From: Octopus bimaculoides
Lineage: Eukaryota
Length of the DNA stretch: 54,897 nucleotides
Direction: 5' to 3'
Assembly (NCBI RefSeq): GCF_001194135.2
Contig: NC_068985.1
Location: 56,377,224-56,432,120 of the forward strand
Part shown: positions 12,660 to 22,880 of the stretch, in pieces
Layout: the number at the start of each line of letters is the position of its first letter
Numbering within the stretch: position 1 is the stretch's first letter
Program-made: the position numbers and the translations under genes
Notes under the pieces: model-generated
The model's database searches: none
Seen by the model: the letters and a program-made list of their open reading frames with translations, nothing else
Told to the model about the DNA's origin: nothing

Positions 12660-13330
12660 TTAAATCGATTCAATGATTTTACTGGTTCTTATTTTATCGT
12701 CTTCGAAATAAAAGACAAAATCAGCTCCAATGGATTTTGAAGGTATATCTCTTTTAACAATGTTCTGCATCTTCAGCTCATCATCTGACGAAGTGTTAAA
12801 TCCCATAAAAGAGATCTGTTCTGGTGTTGTGGAGGAAATCATTGCTGCTTCTTCTCCACGAGGTATTAAGGTATTGATTGTCCTAATGAAGTCTTGCAGA
12901 CAATTGTTTCTTCTCTAAACACTTCCAATGTCTCTCACCCAATATTTATTTTAATTACTTCTCAGAATCCTTCGTTCTGAAAATACAACCGCTGGAATTC
13001 TTTCTCCTTACAGAAATTCTTTTACCTTTTTGCTGTCGTCGACCAACAAAAGCTCAATCTTAGCACCAGCTACGCTGATGTGAGCAGTTTAGAAGGATCC
13101 GAAAGTGTCTCGGCAACAAGTTCTCTTCCCTTCATTGATATGGCCTAACAACAGTGGCCGTAGCAATAGTTTGTAGCAATATCACTTTGAGAACATCGAT
13201 CCTCAATCAATCAGTGAAGTTTTGCAACGTTGAATCTTGTTCGTAACCGAAGAGTGATTACTTTAGAAACCTTGATGCTAGAAGTAACAGCCAAATCTTT
13301 CTCTAATCACATTGCATCATCTTAAAAAGG
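12660..13330 (-). mobile_element. Decayed coding-like segment, possibly hAT transposase
   Basis: Frameshifted translation NYCYGHCC*AISMK...ELVAETLSD...NKYWVRDIGSV*RRNNCLQDF...GADFVFYFED loosely follows the hAT order HCxxHxL ... TRW ... FxFxF. Weak. Confidence 0.3.
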
Positions 13331-13480
13331 ACTCGTTGTATTATGTAATACGACTTTTCCAGCATTTAGAAAAAAGACCAGATGGTCATGAGTGGAATGC
13401 ACTTGATTATAAGTGTGGCCCATTAGCTATATTGTTGTTATAGTTGTTTAGCCCTTGACCTAGTGCTAAACAGCTTTAAC

Positions 13481-13509
13481 AACAACAACAACAACTACTA
13501 CTTCTATTT

Positions 13510-13548
<39 letters not shown>

Positions 13549-13600
13549 GTAGTAGTAGTAGTAGTAGCAGCAGCAGCAGCATAGTAGTAGTAGTAGTAGC
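13481..13600. repeat. Compound trinucleotide array (AAC)n-(ACT)n-(AGT)n-(AGC)n-(AGT)n
   Basis: Read directly. Confidence 0.95.
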
Positions 13601-13780
13601 TTCTAGCATAGATCCAAAGCCTGGAATTTGAGTGGGAGTGATGGTCAGTACTATCGACCCAGTATATGATTTGTGATTATTTTATAAATCTTGAAATTTG
13701 ACGCTGACGGGATTGAGCTTAGGACGTAAATAATCGGAACAAATATCGCAAGAAATTCTTATCAAACGCTCCAACAATCC
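13600..13780 (-). mobile_element. SINE family B, degraded
   Basis: ATCGACCCAGTA and GAGCTTAGGACGTAAA blocks match the reverse complement of 10709-10920. Confidence 0.5.
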
Positions 13781-14149
13781 TTTTTCTTTACGATTCTAAT
13801 TTAAAATTAATTATTTTTCGTTCAGCATGAGAAGAGAAACTTGCAATCTTGTTTGGCAATCATACCTGCCATGAAAGCGAACTGCGTAAATCCAGTCCTT
13901 TCCCTTTAGCTCCCTTGCTATAATTATAATCGCAGACATTACAACAGCTAAGATAAACTTAACCATCATTTCTCATTCTATTCTCCCCATTTTATTTTCT
14001 CATTAATTTAATAAACTAATTGTTAATCTTCCGTTTTACTCCACCGCCTTTTATTCAATCCCGTAACTAAAACTGAAATTGACCCGCTTGTTCCAAATGA
14101 GTTACTGTAAAATTTATTCATCTTTGCACTTCATTCAAGAACAAGTTGC

Positions 14150-14290
14150 AATAACACTTGGAACGGTTTATCTGTGCACCTACTCCCTCCATCTTCACCA
14201 TCAAGGAATTGCTGAGGATGTCGCACTCTCAGCACATACCTGTGAGTCATCACTCACTGCATTTTCAGTCCTTCACTCAGCATGTCTCGA
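14150..14290 (+). mobile_element. RTE-clade RT fragment
   Basis: IKELL and AEDVALSAHT in adjacent frames reconstitute the RTE motif IRELLFADDxALxAH. Confidence 0.35.
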
Positions 14291-14434
14291 CAGCAAATGG
14301 AGCGTCTGACCAGTGGAATACATATTTCCAAAACATATGAAAGAGTAGACACTGGTCAGATGGAGCAAGGCATCAGGTAGTATTAGATACGGAGGCATTT
14401 GTCACCTCTGACTGAACTTTCAGAGATCTTTTTT

Positions 14435-14560
14435 CTGAACAGGTACTTATTTCATCGAACCCGAAAGGATAAAAGGGAAAGTTAACTTCGGCAAAATTTG
14501 AACTTAGAACGTAAAGCCGACAAAATGTCGCTAAGCCTTTTGCCAAATTCTGCCAAACAG
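14435..14560 (-). mobile_element. SINE family B
   Basis: GGTACTTATTTCATCGAACCCGAAAGGATAAAAGG and AATTTGAACTTAGAACGTAAAG. Confidence 0.7.
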
Positions 14561-15159
14561 TAATACATCTTTTAGCAAATAATAATACGTCTTTTAGCAA
14601 GCACTGTTGGAAAGAATATAATATATTTCTCCGCATAAAGTAAAGATCTTAACAATATGTACTTTCATATCATTGACAACTGCGAACGAATGCAATATAT
14701 TTCTGAGAGACAGAACACAACAAAATACGAGAAGACGTTGCAATAATTAAAAAACAAATAAAAAACACAGTAACAGCAAAAAACAACAAAAAGGCCAAAC
14801 AAAAACCTCCGCTAAACCACCACTACAGCTAACACTGCCTTATCAACGACATCAACAACAAGAACAAAATTTCCTACTAATATATCCACGGTTTACATGT
14901 TACAAAGTAGAGAATTTTCTTTCTTTCTTTCTTTCTTTCTTCAATCACTTTTCTTGCCTTCAAAAGTTTTGTATAATGTTTTGTATATGCTTCTTCCAAA
15001 CGTGTATTTATGAAATAAATAAATAGAGTAAAGTAAAAAATAAATGAATAAAAAAGCAATATGCTCTAAGAGAAGCAATGTTGTCTACGAAAAGCAATTA
15101 TTATGGCAGTACATTATAGTCCCGACTATATTTCACAATATAGTAAATAAAATAAAGAG

Positions 15160-15162
<3 letters not shown>

Positions 15163-15250
<88 letters not shown>
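15163..15250. repeat. (AC)n microsatellite
   Basis: Perfect dinucleotide run. Confidence 0.97.
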
Positions 15251-15252
<2 letters not shown>

Positions 15253-15289
15253 AATAGATATAATTTAGCGGCTAGGAACACTATAGTAG

Positions 15290-16690
15290 AATATGGAGGC
15301 AAACTTTGGACTCGTCAGATAGGGATCCTATAACAGATATAGTAGGAATACACTTATTATCAGAGATAGACTCTTGGATCCCGAACTCAGGGGGTGGGGG
15401 TAAGGATTATATAGAGACGACATATTATTTACTGTACAAAGAAGTAGTAACATAGAAATATGTACGAAAATCTTATCAAATTCTTTAACAACTTCAGACT
15501 GGATATAGAAATAGAAAGAAAATCATAGAATTGTAAAATTCCTGGGCGTAAAGTTTAGTCCAACGATGGAAAGTTCGAACCGTTCCATAAGCAAAATGAA
15601 AATTTGAAATATGTGAGTCGTGGATCTAACCATCCGGAACATATCCTGCAAAGCATCCCGAGAAGTGTATCCAACAGAATGTTCAGATTATCTGCGGATG
15701 AACAGATATTCAATATACATGCCGAATATCACAAACTCAGTACTAGCTAGGGCACGATATAAGGATAGAATAGTATATGTACAGAATAGAATAGGCAAGG
15801 TTCAATATCCGGATAGTGTTATTAATTTTAGCGGTAGTGCTACCAATAACCACCGATAACAGGCCCTAAAAAACAGTAAATGTAATAGGAAAACGGAAAA
15901 ACGTAATCACAACACTAAGAAGAGTAGATATAAAACCAAAATCAGGAAGCAGCAGGCAAGTGGGAAAATGAAGGAACCGATAGACGTAGATAGAAATAAG
16001 AAAAATAGAGTAGAAACAGATTCAATAAAATACAGGAACAAATCCAATAGATCCATTAAAAGTAATGATAAAAGAATGAGTGATGAAAATATTTGGCTTA
16101 ACCCAATTTTCAGTTCACAAATAAAATCCAGATAGGCACATTCTTGGATCTAGCGAATATGAATTGTAAAGCTCCTCCATAACAAGAACGGGTCCGAACA
16201 TCGCCTTACAATTGGCAGTGCTATCCATACCAAGGAAAATAACATTGTTGCAAGAAGAAGGAATGTGTGCACTAATAATAACTCCGCTTACAAAACCAGA
16301 AAAGATGATTTATGTTAATGCAAACGGAAAAACGAATGCAAATTTAATAACTGCATGCTAAAGAATGTGGCTTGCAAATGTGAAGTGAAGACGGCTGTAC
16401 ATTGTGGAACCAGGGACACCATGAAAATCGTCTGCGCAACCACCTTACGTCAGTTTTCAATAAAAACAAAATACATTATTTTACCTCTTCTGGAGGCTCA
16501 AACGGAATGGAGTGGAGCATACAACTAACTGGTCTATAATAAAAATCGCTTGACCATACAATAGAACATCACAAGTGCATAACTTATGCCTAGAGGAAAC
16601 CCTGGAGATTATCACATCCAGAGAAAACATAATTAATTATCATTCCGAAGTAATTATATCACGCAAACTTAAGATCAACTCATCCTTCCT
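15290..16690 (+). mobile_element. Penelope-like retroelement remnant (RT C-terminal half to GIY-YIG)
   Basis: Frameshifted translation DGKFEPFHKQNENLKYVSRGSNHPEHILQSIPRSVSNRMFRLSADEQIFN, then W.NPIFSSQ, a Cys-rich CKRKNEC..., YI.GTRDT and a C-terminal LCLEETLEII. This matches PLE RT thumb and endonuclease architecture. Confidence 0.75.
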
Positions 16691-16859
16691 AGAGTTCGAA
16701 CAGAGCATTATGAAAATAGCGAAATATTAACCATCATTAGCATCTAATGGAACACGAGAAGAACATACAATCGAACTAAACGAAAAGAATCCTATTATTT
16801 TCCTATGCTATATCACTATACTATCAGAATTAATTAAAAAGATCCTTTAAGGGAACATC

Positions 16860-17260
16860 ATCTGTCAACTCGGAAAATGAACTTTAACACCAAAACAAAG
16901 TTTCCATCCTGACCCTACAACATCTGAATTCATTGAAGAAGTGTCTGCTGTGCCTAACGTTAAAGCAATGAACTATACTACCCATTCCAACATGTGCACA
17001 CACAAATATCAAATCAAGTCTAGCCTCACCACACACTCCTCCCTCTCCTTCATCATTACCATTCCTTTCTTTCTAGCACCTTCAAATACATACAGAACTG
17101 CCCACATACTCCTATGAACCTTTTGAATTATGAAAATTGATAAACATCCTTTACTTATACATTCGTTGCTTCCAACTTTAATGCCATATCGTCTGATGAA
17201 ACGAACGCATGAACTATGATCCACTACGGATACAACGGATTGTACTGTAATCATCCCAGT
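16860..17260 (+). mobile_element. Possible LINE AP-endonuclease remnant
   Basis: NTYRT... followed by VASNFNAI resembles the APE 'YRPP...GDFNAH' order. Heavily decayed. Confidence 0.25.
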
Positions 17261-17519
17261 TCAATGATCATAAGAAACATGTGCTTTGTGCAAACGTGTG
17301 TGGCGATGCATCAAAATATTTATAAATTCCATCCATTATTATTTTTAGTATATTTATCCTACATTATATTGCCACACTTCGGTACAACCCCCATAAAGCT
17401 GCTATTGCAAGCTGATATCATTAGGCAGTAGCCGACATAATACAATAGGAGCTTTTATATGTGTACTCAAAAATGTTTCCCGTAAACGAACTTTAAGGAT
17501 ATACATATATGTTTGGCTT

Positions 17520-17710
17520 GTTTCAATCATTTGACTGCAGCCATGCTGGAATACCGCCTTAAAGGGTTTTTTTAGTCGAAGAAATCGATCCCATGGCTTA
17601 TTCTTTATAAGTCTAGTACTTTCGCCGAAGCGCTAGTTATGGGGACATAAACACACCAACATCGATTGCCATGGTGTCGAGACAAAAATAGACAAAAATA
17701 CAGACGCATA
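17520..17710 (-). mobile_element. SINE family A, 3' half
   Basis: TTGACTGCAGCCATGCTGG..ACCGCCTT and AGTCGAAGAAATCGATCCC blocks shared with 48200-48572. Confidence 0.75.
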
Positions 17711-17721
17711 ACTATATATAT

Positions 17722-17811
<90 letters not shown>

Positions 17812-18272
17812 ATAATAATAGTGATTGTTTCTTATTATGAACAAGAGGGTTAATAGGACTGCAAGAGAAGTGCTCAAGTAAATGAGACGAGTATAACAAA
17901 CTTTGGTTGTAGAACAAACAATAAATTTAAGGTCATCTACTTAATATATCACATCTCGAACATTTAATCACATATAAAGAAACCTAATGCTTTTTCTATA
18001 CATAGAATACGGATGCACAAAACCACAGAAGATGAAACAATACTTCATTTAGACAGGTATATAGTTAACAGATGTCATCGGTATAGAAAACACTTAGCAG
18101 CGCTCATATGATTCGAAACTTAGACTCCGATGTCTTTACGAGAGACCAATTCTGCAGGATAAAGAGTGGCTACAAGAGGGATCCAGGTGAAAAGATATGG
18201 ACGCAATTATGCGAATAAACTGATTAATTAGAACAGATTGAGTTTGATATACAAAATACATATGTATTGATG

Positions 18273-18309
<37 letters not shown>

Positions 18310-18312
<3 letters not shown>

Positions 18313-18500
18313 AGATTTCACAAAAAAAAAACAAAAGACGAAGACAGGTGGTGTAGACAACAAACATATGTATTAGTATAACGCTCGGGAAGTGAAAAAG
18401 TCTTTAACGTTTCGAGCCTACGCTCCTCCACAGAAAGGAACACAGAAAGAAACAAGAAGAGAAAAAAAAAGAATGTGTAGTGGCTAGCGATCTATCATGG
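18310..18500 (-). mobile_element. Penelope-type terminal (pLTR-like) repeat with hammerhead-like motif
   Basis: Shares AGAAAGGAACAC...ATCATGG(T/C)GA with the tail of the PLE at 40207-40277. Minus strand reads CTGTGGA-G-GAGC-GTAG-GCTC-GAAACGTT. Confidence 0.55.
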
Positions 18501-18513
18501 TGAATACATACAT

Positions 18514-18963
18514 GATGATGATGGCCGTCCACTCGTGACCGAGGAAGACCATTGCCGACCTTCAGGAACATTCTGCGCTCTAGTACTAACTTACATTTTG
18601 CATTTACGGCTCCGTTGGAGGCTAATGAGCCCTGCTCTTGATAAGCATACACGACTGCAAACATTGCAGGTTAAGCTTTCCCCATTCACTATATGAGCCG
18701 TACACTTTCGCGCAGCTCGCTTAAATTCTTCATGCTGGATACGTGCTCTCTCAAAAGTGTTGATCCCCTCCTTAACCTGCTTCCTCCATTTGTGGCAATG
18801 ACAGGCATTATTCTCCCAGTCAGTGTCCTGCATATCACAGGCCTTTAATGAGGACTTGACACAGTCCTTAAAGCGCAGCCTTGGTTTCTGCCGGAGTCTC
18901 CTTCCATTCACAAGTTCTCCATAGAGCATCTGCTTAGGAATCCTGCTATTAGAATTATTAGAA
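18514..18963 (-). mobile_element. 5'-truncated RTE-clade LINE 3' end with C2H2-like finger, (ATC)n tail and 13-bp TSD
   Basis: RIPKQMLYGEL..G.R...KPRLRFKDCVK...W.....W...CNVCSRVCLSRAGLISLQRS. TGAATACATACAT is present at 18501-18513 and 18964-18976. Confidence 0.85.
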
Positions 18964-19008
18964 TGAATACATACATACATACATACATACATACATGCAT
19001 GAATGCAT

Positions 19009-19009
<1 letters not shown>

Positions 19010-19098
<89 letters not shown>
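19010..19098. repeat. (CA)n microsatellite
   Basis: Perfect run. Confidence 0.97.
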
Positions 19099-19102
<4 letters not shown>

Positions 19103-20194
19103 GTATTCAGGAAAATAGCAAAGACTGAAGATTTTCGGACGATGAATACTAAAGTATAGATGTATAGACTAAGCAAAAATTGCTCGGACATCCATCACCT
19201 TTAAACTTCCCTGCATCATGATCTGAAATGTAAAACTTTTTCTACCCTAAAGACGGAGGCTCGATTTATTCAATGTTCATTTTCTTCCAGTATTGGCTGC
19301 ATAGTTTGATGAACTACATCTACTAACACTATGATGTGTCTCCGAGCCCCCCCAAAATTGCTGTTGGACTTTAAAACACCTTACCTACTTCCTTTTAATT
19401 TTCTCTGTCGTTTGTACTCTGTCTAAGTTTTAATGCACAAATATCTATATATGTATACTTAAATATTCATCGTCTGAAATCTCCAGTCTTTCCGTCCTTT
19501 TTGCTTGCACGTATACACACACACCTCTCTCTATATACATACACACATATGTGTGTGTATGTGCGTGTATATATTTTCATATATACACACATACTATATA
19601 TATACATATATATTCATATTTGGTTTAGGCGTACATCGATATACAGACATATACACATGAGAAGGAATGAAGCGGGGAGATAGGGAGAGAGATGGATAAA
19701 TATATACTCAAGACAACACTCAAAATCTATATCAGTTTACATAATTAAAGACGTTTGAAATAAGATAGATTAAAAGATGATAATTAAAGCCAATTACAGT
19801 TATAATAAACTTTGTATTAAATGTACTTATTTTACGATGACTCGAGATAAAATAGTCGTTGTCTGTAAGAAGATATGATGAAATTTTTCTTCATCGATAA
19901 ATGCAAGAAAAAATTAGAAGAGATTGAGCAAAGATGCTCAAATTCTTCTAAAATTTTGATAAGTTTGGTAATTATGGCTCGGAAATTTGTTCAGATAAAA
20001 TAATGCTATAACTCACTTCGCTAAATATAAAACGCAAACGCACGCATAGAACTATACATAATCAATTAGGCTTACAGATACAAGCTAGTCGGGATAAATT
20101 TGACAGCTTCCAGAAAATGAAAAGAAACACAATATCCCATCATGAGTGAAGGTATTTTAAAAATAAAAAAGATATTGACTCGATTACGCCTGCG

Positions 20195-20520
20195 AGATAA
20201 CAGTTTTCTCAAAGTAGCGGTCCTCGGTTTCCATCATGATCTTCATACAGATCCGGAACCTCATTGTGTCTCCGGGAAGATTTTCGAGTACCTCCTAGAT
20301 CTTGGTCTCTAACTCGGCCTCTAACTCGGCCTTGGTATTGCAGGTTGAGTGGTTACTGTCTCTTTCTCAACCACGCCCCCACCCAGACATTAAACCATGG
20401 GATTACAATGGGTGAGAATTAAGAGGCCAGAAATTAGGGCTAATGAAGTCGTAGAAATTCAACGACAACTCTTTCCTGAGGTGTGTCAAGAAGCTGAATC
20501 TTGCCTTCAAGAAAAGGTTT
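20195..20520 (-). mobile_element. Tc1/mariner transposase 3' fragment
   Basis: Minus strand CNPMV..., CNTKAELEAEL...RFRICMKIMMETEDRYFEK parallels the C-terminus at 43200-43375. Confidence 0.55.
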
Positions 20521-20759
20521 AGCCACAGTCTATAGCAACTTCACATAACCGTCTGTACATGCATTCATGCATACATGCATCCAGCCATCTAGCTAGCCAT
20601 CTAGTCAGCCATACATACATACATACATACATACATACATACATACAAACATATATATGTGCATACATACACGCATACATACATACAAACACACACAAAC
20701 ACAAATATATTTACATTGTACTTTTCATTATGATTCTTCTTTGGCTGATTTCTTCAGAG

Positions 20760-21420
20760 TGGTGGGATTTCAAGTGCTTTCCCCTTGGTTGTTGGCTCAT
20801 TTAGAGTATGAAGGAATTTGCCACTGCTGCCTTCATCTGTACTTCATGTCGGGTCGTTGGTTCATCCGGTAATGTAGAGAAAAGAGTGTCCTATTCCTGT
20901 TTGAAGACATCCACTTCCACATTGTGTAGGTCTTTTAATTATTTTGATAGGGCATTTTAGAGCAGTGGGTCTTTGAACCCGACACTCTTGAAATACCTGG
21001 TCCTGGCTTTAAATGGCTTGGACGGTATCCTTGATACAATATAATAGCATCCAGTTCGGGAATTGTGGAGGCGCATGGCTTAGTCGTAAGATTGTGGTTT
21101 CAATTCCTGGACCGGGCAGCATGTTGTGTTCTTGAGCAAAACACTTCATTTCATGGTGCTCTAGTTCATTCAGCTGGCAAAAATGAGTAATCCTGCAACG
21201 GACCGGCGTCTCTTCCTGGTGGGGAATATATATATACGCCATGGAAACTGGGAAACCGGCCTTTATGGCTCGTCATGACACGAAGAGGTAACCTTTACCT
21301 TTACTTTACCTTAGTTCGGGCATTTGTATAACAGACAATGCCGAAATTAGGTATTAACCGTTCCAGAATTTTCCATATGTAGATTATTAGATATCTTCTT
21401 TTTCGGTTCAGGAACATTTT
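20760..21420 (-). mobile_element. CR1/L2-group LINE 3' fragment, interrupted by a SINE
   Basis: RRYLIIYIWKILERLIPNFGI..YTNARTG / KARTRYFKSVGFKDP...LKDLHNVEVDVFK...PDEPT reads continuously once 21065-21324 is removed. Confidence 0.7.
21065..21312 (+). mobile_element. tRNA-derived SINE, family C (V-domain-like), full length with 12-bp TSD
   Basis: GTGGAGGCGCATGGCTTAG head, GGTTTCAATTCC B-box-like, CCTGCAACGGACCGGCGTC V-like block (recall) and (TTACC) tail. TSD is AGTTCGGG(A/C)ATT at 21053-21064 and 21313-21324. Confidence 0.8.
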
Positions 21421-21852
21421 GTATATATACTTACAATGGCTTACATTCATCATATATATATATATATATANNNNNNNNNNNNNNNNNNNNNNNNNNNNNN
21501 NNNNNNNNNNNNNNNNNNNNNNNNNNNNNNNNNNNNNNNNNNNNNNNNNNNNNNNNNNNNNNNNNNNNNNNNNNNNNNNNNNNNNNNNNNNNNNNNNNNN
21601 NNNNNNNNNNNNNNNNNNNNNNNNNNNNNNNNNNNNNNNNNNNNNNNNNNNNNNNNNNNNNNNNNNNNNNNNNNNNNNNNNNNNNNNNNNNNNNNNNNNN
21701 NNNNNNNNNNNNNNNNNNNNNNNNNNNNNNNNNNNNNNNNNNNNNNNNNNNNNATATATATGTATATATAGTATTGATAATAAGGAGAATGAAGAATTTA
21801 AACATTGAAACTTTATGTTTATTTTCAGTTAATTTATTCATAATAATTGTTG

Positions 21853-21935
21853 GACACGTGTTTCGATCGTATTAACTGCATATTTTTGCATATCTACATG
21901 CAGCAATTTAAGCACTATTAATGCGAGCTCTTCAG
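21853..21935 (-). ncRNA. Type I hammerhead ribozyme-like motif (left arm)
   Basis: CUGAAGA, an 11-position stem II with 2 mismatches, GAAA, palindromic ACACGUGU, then C (GUC triplet). Stem I is not evident. Confidence 0.5.
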
Positions 21936-22544
21936 GGTATATAATATGAAATTGTTTAAAGAGGAATTTTCCTCTCTTTTAGTATGAATTAGGTTTGGAA
22001 GTAGTAACAAACCATGACCTTAGAATGCATTAATTTACACGATTTCAATAAACTTTTATCTCTAAACATAACTATAATTACTATAATAATAAAGATGCAT
22101 ATGAAGAATATAAGAACAGAATTCAATTTATAAGATTATATATAATACAACATAAAAACGCTTTAAAAAAAAATAATGAGTTAGAAAAATTTTAAATACA
22201 ACTCAATACTTCTTTTGATAATCACATGTTTCTGACTGCCTAGTAATTATCCACTACTACTATTAATAGCCTTCCCAAAAATTCAAATAATATAATCAAC
22301 TCTGAAATACGTCAAAAAGCCATGTGACTGAAGTATGTAGAATCAATAAAAAAGACGAGTATTCTATAAATAACCACTCCACAACTGACCAAGAAAATTT
22401 GCCAACTTCAACAAACACTACTGCTGCTGATTCTTACCCAAACAATCAGTTGAGAAAAACGGCTCATCGATGAAAAGTCATCAAACTAATTCAAACTAAT
22501 AACAGAGGAAAATTCCTCTTTAAACAATGTTGTATTTATATACC

Positions 22545-22627
22545 CTGAAGAGATCGTATTAATAATGCATAAATCGCTGCATATAAATATACAACAATAT
22601 GCAATTAGTACGGTCGAAGCACATGTC
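22545..22627 (+). ncRNA. Type I hammerhead ribozyme-like motif (right arm, GAAA changed to GAAG)
   Basis: CUGAAGA at 22545-51. Stem II GAUCGUAUUAA/UUAGUACGGUC pairs fully with 2 G-U. Followed by GAAG and CACAUGUC. Confidence 0.45.
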
Positions 22628-22801
22628 GGACAGTTATTATGAATAAGCTAACTGGAAATAAAAAAAGAGCTTCAATGTTCAAATACTTTATTTTCCTTAT
22701 TATGCAAACTGTACTTTACACTCTAAATAACTCAAAAATATTTCCACCTCCATCTTTCATATATAAAAATTTGATTTATATAGATCTCTAATCTTTTTCA
22801 A

Positions 22802-22859
<58 letters not shown>

Positions 22860-22880
22860 ACACGCATGTATTTATATATA

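Larger units (their letters stand above)
21768..22713. mobile_element. Inverted-repeat element (arms 21768-21975 and 22504-22713), probably Penelope pLTR-derived
   Basis: The arms align as reverse complements over ~210 bp at roughly three-quarters identity by eye. Each arm carries a hammerhead-like core. Confidence 0.7.
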
